A stretch of DNA of 64,000 bases from NCBI GenBank assembly GCA_038255395.1, contig JBBSLI010000009.1, positions 26,556 to 90,555 of the forward strand. Direction: 5' to 3'. The position numbers and the translations under genes are program-made. Source of the stretch: Solirubrobacterales bacterium. Its GTDB lineage: Bacteria; Actinomycetota; Thermoleophilia; Solirubrobacterales; Solirubrobacteraceae. Shown piece by piece: positions 17,921 to 28,580 of this stretch. The notes under the pieces were generated by a model that made no database searches, had not been told where the DNA came from, and saw nothing but the letters and a program-made list of their open reading frames with translations. Numbering within the stretch: the first letter of the stretch is position 1; every line of letters starts with the position of its first letter.

Positions 17921-20136
17921 AGGCTGCACCCGTGACCACCGCCGAGCTGGACCGCCTCGTCGCCCGCGACCATCACGATCCGCACGCGATCCTGGGCGCC
18001 CACGCGTCCGATTCCGGCGTGACGATCCGCGCGCTGCATCCGGCCGCCGCCGCGGTCGTCGTGCAGCCCGCGGGCATCGAGCTGCAGCGCGTCCATCCCG
18101 CCGGCCTGTTCGAGGGCGAGGTGGCGGGCGCCTCACTTCCCTATCCCTACGAGCTGGAGGTCCGCTACCCCGACGGCGGCAGCTGGACGACGCAGGACCC
18201 CTACCGCTTCGCGCCGACGCTGTCAGATCTCGACGAGCACCTCTTCCGCGAGGGCCGCCACGAGCAGCTGTGGTCGAAGATGGGCGCGCATGTGCGCGAA
18301 CTCGACGGCGTGCGGGGAACGTCGTTCGCCGTCTGGGCGCCGGCCGCGCGCTCGGTCTCGGTCGTCGGCGACTTCAACTTCTGGGACGGGCGCCTGCACA
18401 TGATGCGCACGCTCGGAGGCTCGGGAATCTGGGAGCTGTTCATCCCCGTCGTCGACGACGGCGCGCGCTACAAGTTCGAGATCCGCACGCAGTCGGGCGA
18501 GCTGCTGTTGAAGGCCGACCCGTTCGCCTTCCAGACCGAGCTGCCGCCGCAGACGGCGTCGATCGTGCACGAGTCGACATACGAGTGGCGCGATGCGCAG
18601 TACATCGCGGCGCGTGCGGCGCAGACGCCGCACGACCAGCCGATGTCGACGTACGAGGTGCACCTCGGTTCGTGGCGGCGCAATCCGCTCCAGGACAACC
18701 GTTCGCTGACGTATGCCGAGCTGGCCGACGAGCTGGCGGCGTATGTGTCGGATCTTGGCTTCACGCATGTCGAGCTGCTGCCCGTGATGGCGCATCCGTT
18801 CTCAGGCTCCTGGGGCTACCAGGTGACGTCGTACTACGCGCCGACGCCGACGTTCGGCTCGCCCGACGACTTCCGCGCGTTCGTCGACCGCATGCACGAC
18901 AACGGGATCGGCGTGCTGCTGGACTGGGTGCCGGCGCACTTCCCGCGCGACGAGTGGGCGCTGGCGCGCTTCGACGGCACGGCGCTGTACGAGCACGAGG
19001 ATCCGCGCCGCGGTGCGCACCCGGATTGGGGCACGCTCGTCTTCAACTACGGGCGCAACGAGGTCAAGAACTTCCTGCTCGCCAACGCGCTGTTCTGGGC
19101 GCGCGAGTTCCACGCCGACGGGATCCGTGTCGACGCGGTCGCGTCGATGCTCTATCTCGACTACTCGCGCAAGGCGGGCGAGTGGGTGCCGAACGAGTTC
19201 GGTGGGCGCGAGGACCTCGAGGCGGTCGCGTTTCTGAAGGAGCTCAACGAGGTGCTGCATCGCGACGAGCCGGGGGTCATCAGCGCGGCGGAGGAGTCGA
19301 CGGCGTGGCCGGGTGTGTCGCGGCCGACGTACCTCGGTGGCCTGGGCTTCGGCTTCAAGTGGAACATGGGCTGGATGCACGACACGCTGGGCTACTTCCA
19401 GCAGGATCCGATCCATCGCCGCTTTCACCACCACGAGCTGACGTTCTCGCTCGTCTACGCGTTCAGCGAGAACTTCATCCTGCCGCTGTCGCACGACGAG
19501 GTCGTGCACGGCAAGGGCTCACTGATCGACAAGATGCCCGGCGACCGCTGGCAGAAGCTCGCCAACCTGCGCTGCCTGTACGCCTACATGTGGGCGCATC
19601 CCGGCAAGAAGCTCCTGTTCATGGGGCAGGAGTTCGCGCAGGGGCCGGAGTGGAGCCACGACCGCTCGCTGGACTGGCATCTGCTCGAGCACGGCGAGCA
19701 CGCCGGCATCCAGGCGCTCGTGCGCGACCTCAACGGCGTCTACAAGGACACGCCCGCATTGTTCGAGGTCGACTTCGAGGGCCGCGGCTTCTACTGGATC
19801 GAGCCCAACGACGCCGACGCGAACGTCGTCGCGTTCGCGCGTGTCGGTGAGGACCCGGGCGAGGACGTGCTCGTCTGCGTCGCGAACCTGTCGCCGGTGC
19901 CGCGTCCGGGATACCGGCTCGGCCTGCCGTGCGGCGGGCGCTGGGTCGAGGCGCTGAACACCGACTCGGCGTTCTACGGCGGCACCGACACGGGCAATCT
20001 CGGCGGTGTCGAGGCGCAGCCGCTGCCGTGGCACGGCCAGCCCTGCTCGGCGGAGCTGTCGCTGCCGCCGATGGGCATCGTGTGGCTCGTGCCGGAGGGC
20101 AGCGCGCAACAGGAGCCGCGCGCGCCGTCCGCGTAG
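17917..20136 (+). CDS. glgB: 1,4-alpha-glucan branching enzyme
   Basis: ATG at 17917 (ATGA overlap with mak), 739 aa: [73 protein letters not shown]. Confidence 0.9.
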
Positions 20137-20137
20137 G

Positions 20138-20953
20138 TCAGCCCCTTTTCGTCCCGATCGTCACGAGGTACTCCCCGGGATGGGCGACCGTTGCGTCGGC
20201 GCGCACGTGCCGTGCGAGGAACAGCTCGACGTCGCCGATCAGCGGCGCCCATGCACCCTGCGGCTCGAGGACCTCGCGCATCGTCACCATCCCGCCGATC
20301 TTCGTCGTGATGAAGTCCAGCGCGTCGCGGGCCGAGGGGTAGCGGAACTCGAGGCGCTCGCGCGCGAAGCGCAGCTCGATCGCGCTGCCGGCGAACAGGC
20401 CGCGGACGTGCTCCTCGCTGCCCCACAGCGGCGGCGGCGCCGCGAAGTCCGGGCCCTCGGGCGCGTGCGCACCGACGATCCGCAGGAAGTCGCCCATCGT
20501 CCCCGCGACGTCCCAGCTCGTCAGCGCGATGCGGCCGCCTGGGCGCAGCACGCGCTCGATCTCCTGTGCCGCGACCTCGTGGCGCGGCGCCCACATGACG
20601 CCGAACGACGACAGGACGACGTCGAAGCTCTCGTCGGGGAACGGCAGGTCCTCGGCATCGCCCTCGACCCACTCCAGCTCGACGCACGCCGCCGCGGCGC
20701 GTGCGCGGCCGGCCGTGAACAGCTCCGGCGTGAGGTCGACGCCGACGACCTGCGCGCCGGCCTGGGCCGCCGGGATCGCGGCGGCACCGGTGCCACAGCC
20801 GATGTCGAGCACGTGATCGCCCGCGCGCACGCCGGCGTGCCCGACCGCGGCCGCGCCGCCCTCCCAGATCATCTGCGCGAACTGGTCGTAGTCGCCTGCC
20901 GCCCACATCGCGCGCGCCTGCCGGCGAAAGTCCGCAAGCTCGATCGTCGTCAT
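20138..20953 (-). CDS. class I SAM-dependent methyltransferase
   Basis: ATG at 20953 with GAGGAGG upstream, 271 aa: VLDIGCGTGAAAIPAAQAGAQVVGVD, DAEDLPFPDESFDVVLS, LRPGGRIALTSW. It converges on glgB with a 1-nt gap. Confidence 0.8.
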   Translation of the reverse strand: MTTIELADFRRQARAMWAAGDYDQFAQMIWEGGAAAVGHAGVRAGDHVLDIGCGTGAAAIPAAQAGAQVVGVDLTPELFTAGRARAAAACVELEWVEGDAEDLPFPDESFDVVLSSFGVMWAPRHEVAAQEIERVLRPGGRIALTSWDVAGTMGDFLRIVGAHAPEGPDFAAPPPLWGSEEHVRGLFAGSAIELRFARERLEFRYPSARDALDFITTKIGGMVTMREVLEPQGAWAPLIGDVELFLARHVRADATVAHPGEYLVTIGTKRG

Positions 20954-21069
20954 CACGGTCCTCCTCGTCTCGGCGACGATCAGCCGGCGCCGGACTGCCG
21001 TCATCACGTCGCGGGTCACCATGGCACGAGCTTCGCGGCCCGGCGCCCGGAGAACATCGGGCAGATCCC

Positions 21070-22803
21070 CTAATCGACGGCGGATTCGGGGTGGCGCGCC
21101 GCATAGGCGGCGGCCTCGGCGCGGCGCTCGAGCCCGAGCTTCGCCAGCACGCTGCGGACGTGGTGCTCGACGGTCTTCGGAGCGAGGAACAGGCGCTCGG
21201 CGATCGCCCGGTTCGTCAGCCCCTCTCCGAGCAGCACCAGCACCTCGCGCTCGCGCCTGGAGAGCAGCGCGGCGCCGCGCGGGCCGGGCAGGCGCGCCGC
21301 CTTGACGCCGAGCTCGCGCAGCAGCGCCCCGGCCGCGTCGGCGTCGCGCGACGCGCCGAGCTCCTCGAACGTGCGCTGGGCGGCGCGCGCCTCGGCGATG
21401 GCCGCGTCGGCGCCGTCCTCGCGCAGGTGCTCGGCGAGCAGCAGCCGCGTGCGCGCCGTCTCGTGCACCATGCCGAGCCGCGAAAAGTGCTCGAGCGCTC
21501 GCTCGAGGTGGGTGCGAGCGGCCGGACCGCCGCCACGCGTCAGGCCCAGCGCCCGCTCGGCGCGCGCGACCACCAGGCTCGACCCGGAGCGCTCCGCGAA
21601 CTGCGCGAGCCGGTCCGCGATCGCGGCTGCGTGCGCGCTGTCGCCGTGGGCGAGCTCGACGGCGACCGCCAGCTCGACGAGCGCCGCGCTCTCCAGTCGC
21701 TGCTCGCCGGCGGCCCGCAGCCGCCGCCGCGCGAGCGCGCGTGCGACGCCGGTCTCCCCGCGCGCAAGGAGCAGCGCGACCCGGGCGCACGCCGTCGAGT
21801 GGTGGTCTTGGGCGCCGACGAGGAGGCGGCCCGCCTCGTCGAGCCGTCCCTGCGCGATGCGCAGCTCGGCGAGCGCCGCGAGGACCTCGGCCAGCACACC
21901 GCGCTCGCTCGCCCGCGCGCTTGCCAGCGCGCGCGCGAGTTCGGTCTGCGCCTCCTGCCAGCGGCCGGTCGCGATCAGCACCCGGCCGAGGTGTAGCCGG
22001 CAGACGGTGAACAGGTGCGGCGAGCCGTAGCGCGCTACGAAGCCGTCCGACAGGCGCACCCATTCGGCCGCGCGCTCGAACTCGGCGGCGTGCGAGCAGC
22101 ACTGGATCATCAGGCAGCTCGTCATCACGACGGTGTCGAGGCTCGACCCCTCGCCTGCCAGCGAGCCCGCCAGCGCCTCGTCGAGCAGCGCGATGCCATC
22201 CGCGATGTGGCCGCCGTCGACGAGCACGGCGCCGAGCTGGCTCAGCGCGCAGAGCTCGAGATCGACGTCTGCCGCCGCGCGCGCGGCGGCGAGCGCCGTG
22301 CGGGCGTGCGCTTCGGCGGCGTCGCGGTCGGCGCTGTCGTTGGCGCGCACGAGCGCGACCCAGCCGGCGAGCGGCTCGAGCCCGTGATCGTCGACGAGCC
22401 TGGCGAGGCGCCCCAGCCAGCCCTTCGAGGCGGCGACGTTGCCGAGGCTGACGCGATGCGAGTAATACAGCGCGATCGCACACAGGCCGGCGAGCAGCGG
22501 CTCGGGCCGGCGGCGAAAGAGCGTGTACGCCCGCTCGTGCGCGGCCACCGAGCCGCGCGGGTCGCCCAGCCAGAGCAGCGCGTCGCCGAGACCCTGCAGT
22601 GCCTCGGGCAGCTCGTCGTGCTCGAGCACGACCTCGAAGGTCGCACGCGCCTGCTCCCATCGGCCCTCACCCAGGTGCTCCCAGGCGGCCTCGACGAGCG
22701 CACCGGCGTCCTCTGGCACCGGCCGATCGTAACCGAGGCCGGGCGGCCGCACGCCCTCGTCGCTGTCACGTCGACGCGCAGCTTCCAGCCGACGTCCAGC
22801 CAC
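21070..22803 (-). CDS. LuxR-family transcriptional regulator with a long helical/TPR-like N-terminal region (start uncertain)
   Basis: C-terminal LSRREREVLVLLGEGLTNRAIAERLFLAPKTVEHHVRSVLAKLG (LuxR/GerE HTH). No Walker motif was seen. Confidence 0.75.
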   Translation of the reverse strand: MAGRRLEAARRRDSDEGVRPPGLGYDRPVPEDAGALVEAAWEHLGEGRWEQARATFEVVLEHDELPEALQGLGDALLWLGDPRGSVAAHERAYTLFRRRPEPLLAGLCAIALYYSHRVSLGNVAASKGWLGRLARLVDDHGLEPLAGWVALVRANDSADRDAAEAHARTALAAARAAADVDLELCALSQLGAVLVDGGHIADGIALLDEALAGSLAGEGSSLDTVVMTSCLMIQCCSHAAEFERAAEWVRLSDGFVARYGSPHLFTVCRLHLGRVLIATGRWQEAQTELARALASARASERGVLAEVLAALAELRIAQGRLDEAGRLLVGAQDHHSTACARVALLLARGETGVARALARRRLRAAGEQRLESAALVELAVAVELAHGDSAHAAAIADRLAQFAERSGSSLVVARAERALGLTRGGGPAARTHLERALEHFSRLGMVHETARTRLLLAEHLREDGADAAIAEARAAQRTFEELGASRDADAAGALLRELGVKAARLPGPRGAALLSRREREVLVLLGEGLTNRAIAERLFLAPKTVEHHVRSVLAKLGLERRAEAAAYAARHPESAVD

Positions 22804-22942
22804 GTCGCCACATCGCCACGTAGGTGTGCGACGTCATGCGGGCGCGGATCGGGCGCCGGGAAACACCGGCAGAACGTGCGGATGGATGTACTAGCCTCGA
22901 CGGCGTGCCCGCCTCGCCGCGACGCCGCGCGTCGCGGCCGAG

Positions 22943-24544
22943 ATGACGCCTCCATCCGCCGTCGCGGCGGGTGACGGGACGGTCGCGACGCAGGCCTCGC
23001 GCCGGCGCACGTTCGCGATCATCTCCCACCCGGACGCCGGCAAGACGACGCTGACGGAGAAGCTGCTGCTCTACAGCGACCAGATCGCGACGGCGGGCTC
23101 GGTCGGCGCGCGCCGCGACCGCAACACGACGACGTCGGACTGGATGGAGATCGAGCGCCGCCGCGGCATCTCCGTGACCTCGACCGTGCTGCGCTTCGAG
23201 TACCGCGACACGGTCCTGAATCTGCTCGACACCCCTGGCCACAAGGACTTCTCCGAGGACACGCTGCGCGTGCTCGCCGCCGCCGACTGCGCCGTGATGC
23301 TGCTCGACGCGGCCAAGGGCGTCGAGGCGCAGACGCTGCGCCTGTTCGAGGTCGCACGGGCGCGCAACATCCCGCTGATCACGTTCGTCAACAAGTACGA
23401 CCGCCCCGGCATCGAGCCGCTGGAGATGCTCGACCACATCGAAAAGGTGCTCGACATCGCGCCCGTGGCGGCGACCTGGCCCGTCGGCATCCCCGGCGAC
23501 TTTCGCGGCGTCATCGATCGCGCGACCAGCGAGTACCGGCGCTTCACGCGCTCCGTGCGCGGCGCCACGCGCGCCGCCGAGGAGTTGCTCTCCGCGGACG
23601 ACGCGCGCGAGCGCGAGGGCGACGCCTGGGACGTCGCGTCCGAGGAGCTCGAGCTGCTCGACGCCGTCGCCCCCGACCTCGACCCGGAGCTGTTCGCGAC
23701 GGGCCGGGCGACGCCCGTCTTCTTCGGCTCGGCGGTGTCGAACTTCGGCGTCGGGCTGCTGCTCGACGCGCTGCTGACGCTCGCGCCGCCGGCGCAGGCG
23801 CGCGTGACGATCGGCGGCGAGCGCCGGCCCGTCGAGGCCCCGTTCTCGGGCCTCGTCTTCAAGGTGCAGGCGAACATGGACCCGCGCCACCGCGATCGCG
23901 TCGCGTTCCTGCGCGTCTGCTCGGGGCGCTTCGAGCGCGGGATGCGCTCGATCAACCAGCGCAGCGGCCGGCCGTTCGCGCTGACCCACGCCCACACGGT
24001 CTTCGGCGACGAGCGCACGGTGATGGACGAGGCGTTCCCGGGCGACGTCGTCGGCGTCATCAACGCCGGCGACCTGCGCGTCGGCGACACGCTCTACGTC
24101 GGCGACCCGGTCGAGTTCCCGCCGATCCCGACGCTCGCGCCCGAGCACTTCGTCACCGTCCGCAACGGCGACGTCAGCCGCCACAAGCAGTTTCACCGCG
24201 GGTTGGAGCAGCTCGCGCAGGAGGGCGTCGTGCACCTCCTGCGGCGCGACCCGACCGCCGACCCGACGCCGGTCCTGGCGGGCATCGGGCCGCTGCAGTT
24301 CGAGGTCGCCACCGATCGCCTGCAGCGCGAGTTCGGCGTCGCCGTGACGCTCGCGCCGACGAACTGGACGGTCGCGCGGCGGACCGACGCCGAGGGCGCG
24401 GCGGTCCTGCGCAGCAGCTCGCACGCCGACGTCCTGTACCGCAGCGACGGCACCCACATGGCGCTCTTCACGAGCGACTTCATGCTCGACCGCTTCGAGC
24501 GCCTGCACCCCGGCGTCACGCTGGACCGCATGCTCACGCGGTAG
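22943..24544 (+). CDS. prfC: peptide chain release factor 3 (GTPase)
   Basis: 533 aa: RRTFAIISHPDAGKTTLTEKLLL, WMEIERRRGISVTS, LLDTPGHKDFSEDT, FVNKYDR, QFEV...L..EF. Confidence 0.9.
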   Translation: MTPPSAVAAGDGTVATQASRRRTFAIISHPDAGKTTLTEKLLLYSDQIATAGSVGARRDRNTTTSDWMEIERRRGISVTSTVLRFEYRDTVLNLLDTPGHKDFSEDTLRVLAAADCAVMLLDAAKGVEAQTLRLFEVARARNIPLITFVNKYDRPGIEPLEMLDHIEKVLDIAPVAATWPVGIPGDFRGVIDRATSEYRRFTRSVRGATRAAEELLSADDAREREGDAWDVASEELELLDAVAPDLDPELFATGRATPVFFGSAVSNFGVGLLLDALLTLAPPAQARVTIGGERRPVEAPFSGLVFKVQANMDPRHRDRVAFLRVCSGRFERGMRSINQRSGRPFALTHAHTVFGDERTVMDEAFPGDVVGVINAGDLRVGDTLYVGDPVEFPPIPTLAPEHFVTVRNGDVSRHKQFHRGLEQLAQEGVVHLLRRDPTADPTPVLAGIGPLQFEVATDRLQREFGVAVTLAPTNWTVARRTDAEGAAVLRSSSHADVLYRSDGTHMALFTSDFMLDRFERLHPGVTLDRMLTR

Positions 24545-24612
24545 GGGCTCGCGTCGAGGGTGGGTGGACGGCGGTTTGGGTGGCCCGCGCTCGTGGCCGT
24601 CGCGGCGCCTGT

Positions 24613-24742
24613 GCGTGAACACGCGCCGAACACGTCCGACGGTCGGTGCTCGTGCACGCCTGGGGTGCAGCAGCGCCGACCGGGCTGCGCGGGGCGATCG
24701 ATCCGGCGCTCGTACACGCCGCGCGCATGGAGGATCGACACC
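24613..24742. repeat. REP-like structured intergenic repeat, copy B
   Basis: The left half matches copy C (GCGTGAACA.GCGCCGA...CTCGT(G/T)CACGCCTGG.GTGCAG.AGCGC.GACCGGGCT). The right half matches copy A, ending in CATGGAGGATCGACACC (24726-24742). Confidence 0.7.
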
Positions 24743-24819
24743 TCGACACGTGGCCGTGCACGAACGCCGCCATCGCCACCGCTGCCGGGTCTTCGTGCGG
24801 ACCCCGCGGGCGAGCCCGG

Positions 24820-25305
24820 TCAGCCCAGCAGCTCGCAGTGGTTGGCCTTCGCCACGGCCGCGATGTGGTCCCAGTCGGGCTCGCTGTCGTCGGCGGGCGG
24901 CAGCGTCCTGCTCTGCGCGGGCACGCTCATCCCGCGCACGAGCTCCTCGAAGCCGCCCGGGGTCATGATGAACAGCATCCGGCAGCCCGCCGCGCCGACC
25001 GTGTAGCGGTGCGGCACGCCACGCGGGCCGAAGGCGACGTCGCCGGCGCTCGCGTCGATCGTCGTGTCGCCGACCTCCAGGCGGACGTCGCCGTCGAGGA
25101 TCCAGAACGTCTCGTCGTCGCGCTCGTGCACATGCAGCGGTGCCTCCGTGCCGGGCGGCTCGGTGATCTCGACGATGCTCAGGGCGCCGCCGGTCTGCTC
25201 GGCGGTGAGCTTGATCTCGGCGAGCGCGCCGAACCACCAGCGCGCCTCGCCCTCCCCGCTGTGGGTGGCCGCGGCCTGGAGTGTCGTCGTCTGCTGGTCG
25301 GTCAT
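24820..25305 (-). CDS. cupin domain protein
   Basis: ATG at 25305, 161 aa: GGALSIVEITEPPGTEAPLHVHERDDETFWILDGDV...GDVAFGPRGVPHRY (the two cupin motifs). Confidence 0.7.
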   Translation of the reverse strand: MTDQQTTTLQAAATHSGEGEARWWFGALAEIKLTAEQTGGALSIVEITEPPGTEAPLHVHERDDETFWILDGDVRLEVGDTTIDASAGDVAFGPRGVPHRYTVGAAGCRMLFIMTPGGFEELVRGMSVPAQSRTLPPADDSEPDWDHIAAVAKANHCELLG

Positions 25306-25661
25306 GGGGCCTCCGTTTGGATGGATGTCGGATGTTCGATGGGCAGCAGCGCGATCGCCGCGCGCCAGACGCCGTCGCCGCCGCGGCGTGCCACGTGGAT
25401 CGCGCCGTCGCCGAGCACGAGCGCGGTGTCGCGCGCCTGCAGCACGCGGCGCGGGCCGGCCAGGTACGTGCCGCCGGCCGCCCACAGCTCGCCGACGGCG
25501 CGGCCGATCGCCTCGCCGCCGCGGGCGACCGGCCCGCCGCGGGCGTCCGCGAACACGGCCCCGTCGTCGAAGAGCCGGCCGAGCACGGCGCCGTCGCGAA
25601 CGACGAACGCGTCCTCGAGCAGCGCGTCGAGCTCCTCGGGGGTTCGTGCTCCTGACGTCAT
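25302..25661 (-). CDS. NTF2-like (SnoaL/DUF4440-like) small protein
   Basis: ATG at 25661, with an ATGA overlap onto the cupin gene. The size and pattern (ELDALLEDAFVVRDG...GEAIGRAVGELWAAGGTY) fit the fold, but the assignment is weak. Confidence 0.45.
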   Translation of the reverse strand: MTSGARTPEELDALLEDAFVVRDGAVLGRLFDDGAVFADARGGPVARGGEAIGRAVGELWAAGGTYLAGPRRVLQARDTALVLGDGAIHVARRGGDGVWRAAIALLPIEHPTSIQTEAP

Positions 25662-25750
25662 GGCGGCGAAGCTACGCGCGGGCTCGCCACGAGTCGATGC
25701 CATGAAGGTGGTATTTCAACGTCCGCCGGACGGGCGTACAGTCGTCAGCG

Positions 25751-26890
25751 ATGAGCACGTACGCGATGGAACGCGCCCGCGACCGCATCGCCGCCCTGGC
25801 CCGCGAGGGCGTCGACCTCGCGACGTTCTGGCGCGAGGCGCAGGCGCTGATCGCGCCCGTGATCCCGCACTATGGCGGCGCGTGCTGGTACACGCTCGAT
25901 CCCGCGTCGCTGCTGATCACGAGCCACTTCAACGAGGAGATGCCCGAGCTGCCGGCGGACGCGCTGATGCACGAGTACTACGTCGACGACGTCAACAAGC
26001 TCTCCGACATCGCGCGCTCTGCGACCGGGGTGTCGACCCTCCACGAGGCGACCGGGGGCGATCCGAGCGCGAGCCCGCGCTGGCAGGCGAACATCGCGAT
26101 GGGCGGCGACCAGGAGCTGATCGCGGCACTGCGCACGGACTCCGGCGACGCCTGGGGCGGCATGGGCCTCTACCGCGAGCCGGGCGAGCCGATGTTCGAC
26201 GCCGACGAGATCGGCTTCGTGCGGGCGATCGCGCCGTCGCTGGGCGCGGGCGCGCGGCGCGCGCTGCTGCTCGGCGAGGCGTCCGATCCCGAGGGCCCGC
26301 AGTCACCGGGGTTGCTCGTCCTCAGCGCCGGTGGCGAGGTCGAGTCGGCGACCCCCGGCGTCGCCGGCTGGGTCTCCGACCTGCCGGGCGGCGATTGGGA
26401 CGCCGGCCGCCTGCCACCCGCGGTCGAGTCGGTCGCAGCGCAGGCGCTGCGCTCGGCGGAGGGCCGCGACGCCCCCGGTGAGGTCGCGCTGGCGCGCGTG
26501 CTGACGCGCTCGGGGAGGTGGGTCGTGCTGCACGGGGCGACGCTCGTCAGCGCCGGCGCGCAGCGGATCGCGGTGATCGTCGAGCCCGCCCACCCGGCGC
26601 GGATCACGCCGCTGCTGATGGCCGCCTACGGGCTGACCGAGCGCGAGCAGGACGTCACGCGCCTCGTCCTGCAGGGCGAGTCCACCGCGGCGATCGCCGA
26701 GCGCCTCGTCGTGTCGCCGCACACCGTCCAGCAGCACCTGAAGAACATCTTCGAGAAGACCGCCGTCAACAGCCGCCGCGATCTCGTCGGCAAGGTGTTC
26801 TTCTCCTACTACGAGCCGCGCCTGCGCGACAACGAGGCGCGCGTCCCACAGGGCAGGCCGCTGCGCGGCGGTCCGCTCGCGCCCGGCTGA
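25751..26890 (+). CDS. LuxR-family transcriptional regulator with an N-terminal GAF-like sensor region
   Basis: 379 aa with C-terminal [43 protein letters not shown]. Confidence 0.75.
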   Translation: MSTYAMERARDRIAALAREGVDLATFWREAQALIAPVIPHYGGACWYTLDPASLLITSHFNEEMPELPADALMHEYYVDDVNKLSDIARSATGVSTLHEATGGDPSASPRWQANIAMGGDQELIAALRTDSGDAWGGMGLYREPGEPMFDADEIGFVRAIAPSLGAGARRALLLGEASDPEGPQSPGLLVLSAGGEVESATPGVAGWVSDLPGGDWDAGRLPPAVESVAAQALRSAEGRDAPGEVALARVLTRSGRWVVLHGATLVSAGAQRIAVIVEPAHPARITPLLMAAYGLTEREQDVTRLVLQGESTAAIAERLVVSPHTVQQHLKNIFEKTAVNSRRDLVGKVFFSYYEPRLRDNEARVPQGRPLRGGPLAPG

Positions 26891-26909
26891 ACCCTGCACC
26901 GACGCGGGC

Positions 26910-27740
26910 TCAGCCGTCCTGCGGCGTCCAGCCGGGGCCGCGCAGCATGTAGCCGAAGCGTTCGCGCCACGTCCGCGCGGTCCGCACGTCGCGGGCGATC
27001 GCCCTGTACTCGTGGAAGGCGACCTCGGTCGGCTTGAACGTCGCGATGTTCTTCGTCAGGCCGTAGCGCACGCGCTCCTGCTCGCCGGCGAACGTGCCGA
27101 ACATGCGGTCCCAGATGATGAGGATGCCGGCGTAGTTGCGGTCGAGGTACTGCTCGTTGGCGCCGTGGTGGACGCGGTGATGGGAGGGCGTGTTGAACAG
27201 GTACTCGAGCGGGCGCGGCAGCCGGCCGATGCGCTCGGTGTGGATCCAGAACTGGTAGATCAGGCTGACCGCCTGCTGGGTGAGGATCATCCAGGGCGGG
27301 AAGCCGGCGAGCGCGAGCGGCAGCCAGAACGGCAGGTACGTCATCGGCACCCAGGTCTGGCGCAGCGCGGTCGAGAGGTTGTAGTGCTCGCTGGAGTGGT
27401 GGACGACGTGGCTGGCCCAGAAGACGCGGACCTCGTGGCTGATGCGGTGAAACCAGTAGTAGGCGAGGTCGTCGGCGAAGAAGATCACGACCCACGCCCA
27501 CCAGGCGTCGGGCGGGACGCGCAGCGGCGTGAGCTCGTAGAGGCCCGCGTAGATGACGAGGACGACGAACTTCCAGCCGAAGTTGATGATGACGTTGCCG
27601 ATGCCCATGCTCAGGCTCGTGGCCGTGTCCTTCGGGTCGTAGCCGACGAGCGCCTCGTTGCGCGCGATGACGTAGGAGATCCACTCGACCGCGAGCAGCG
27701 CGACGAAGGCGGGCACGGCGTAGTACAGGACCTCAGCCAC
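26910..27740 (-). CDS. fatty acid hydroxylase / sterol desaturase superfamily membrane enzyme
   Basis: GTG at 27740, 276 aa, with three His boxes (HRISHE, HVVHH, HHRVHH). It overlaps the gntR stop by 8 nt. Confidence 0.8.
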   Translation of the reverse strand: MAEVLYYAVPAFVALLAVEWISYVIARNEALVGYDPKDTATSLSMGIGNVIINFGWKFVVLVIYAGLYELTPLRVPPDAWWAWVVIFFADDLAYYWFHRISHEVRVFWASHVVHHSSEHYNLSTALRQTWVPMTYLPFWLPLALAGFPPWMILTQQAVSLIYQFWIHTERIGRLPRPLEYLFNTPSHHRVHHGANEQYLDRNYAGILIIWDRMFGTFAGEQERVRYGLTKNIATFKPTEVAFHEYRAIARDVRTARTWRERFGYMLRGPGWTPQDG

Positions 27741-28434
27741 GGGCGGGCTCCTTGTCGGTCTGCAGGGCGCGGGCGAGCAGGCCGGTGGCCGCGTCCGACG
27801 CGCGGTCGGGGTCGCCGGCGGCGATCGCGGCGACGAGTTCTCGCACGGCTTCGATGTCGCGGACCTCGGCACCGAACAGCGCCCGCGAGAGCTCGTCGTC
27901 GGGGTCCAGCCCGGCGAGCAGGCTGTTGTAGGCCAGCCGGTAGGCGATGTTGCCGGCGCCGTCGATGACGTGGTCCCAGAGCTGCGCGTAGCGCAGTGGG
28001 GCGTTGTCCGGATCGGCCGCACGCTGGGTGTCCAGGGCCGCCCGCAGCGCATCGACGACGGGCGCGGGTGCGCGCTCGGCGCAGCGCCGGGCGGCGTCGG
28101 CGCCGACGCACAGGCGCAGCTCGAGGATCGAGCGCAGCAGCGCCGGATCGGGAGCGGCGCCGGCCGTGAACGGCAGCTGGGCGAGCAGGTCCAGCCCGCC
28201 GCTGACGCGCCAGTCGAGCACGCGCGTGGCGCCGCCATGGGACACCGCGACGAGCCCCGCCTGCTGCAGGCGCTTGACGGCCTCGCGCACCGCGTGGCGG
28301 TTGCAGCCCAGCTCCTCGGCGAGCGCGCGCTCGGACGCCAGCGACTCGCCGGCCGCGGGGCGGCCGCCGAGGATGCCGTCGCGGATGCGGGCGAAGATCG
28401 ATGCGGAAAGGGGGATGCGGGGGGACGGGGTCAT
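27733..28434 (-). CDS. GntR/FadR-family transcriptional regulator (an alternative start is at 28473)
   Basis: 233 aa: LASERALAEELGCNRHAVREAVKRLQQAGLV (GntR wHTH) followed by an all-helical FCD-like C-terminal domain. Confidence 0.8.
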   Translation of the reverse strand: MTPSPRIPLSASIFARIRDGILGGRPAAGESLASERALAEELGCNRHAVREAVKRLQQAGLVAVSHGGATRVLDWRVSGGLDLLAQLPFTAGAAPDPALLRSILELRLCVGADAARRCAERAPAPVVDALRAALDTQRAADPDNAPLRYAQLWDHVIDGAGNIAYRLAYNSLLAGLDPDDELSRALFGAEVRDIEAVRELVAAIAAGDPDRASDAATGLLARALQTDKEPARG

Positions 28435-28477
28435 CGCGGCGGCAGCGGGTGCGCCGGAGGGGTGCGCTCGCATACTC

Positions 28478-28494
28478 AACTGGTTGTACCAGTT
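28478..28494. promoter_or_regulatory. candidate GntR/FadR operator AACTGGT-TGT-ACCAGTT
   Basis: A 17-bp palindrome with perfect 7-bp arms, 44 nt upstream of the gntR ATG. On the minus strand it sits in TTGACC-18 nt-TACAAC. It matches the TGGT-N3-ACCA core typical of FadR-type sites. Confidence 0.55.
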
Positions 28495-28574
28495 GGGTCC
28501 GCCCGCGGTCAAGGCGGTCGGGATGATCGACGGTGCCAGCGCGCACGCCTGGCTGAACGTCTGCGTCGCTGACC

Positions 28575-28580
28575 TATAGT
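28575..28580 (+). promoter_or_regulatory. -10 box TATAGT, 7 nt upstream of the GTG at 28588 (leaderless-type geometry)
   Basis: GACCTATAGTgcgcggcGTG. The same GACCTATAGT decamer recurs at 32905-32914. Confidence 0.45.

Noticed and set aside
20138-22660. The 840-aa minus-strand ORF spanning the methyltransferase and LuxR regions, and similar run-ons (5398-6936, 27733-30015, 22766-25237, 55274-57523, 57528-59591)
   Set aside because: Each is a read-through or antisense frame. The recognisable domain occupies only one end, or the ORF is antisense to a strongly supported gene (glgX, treY, prfC).
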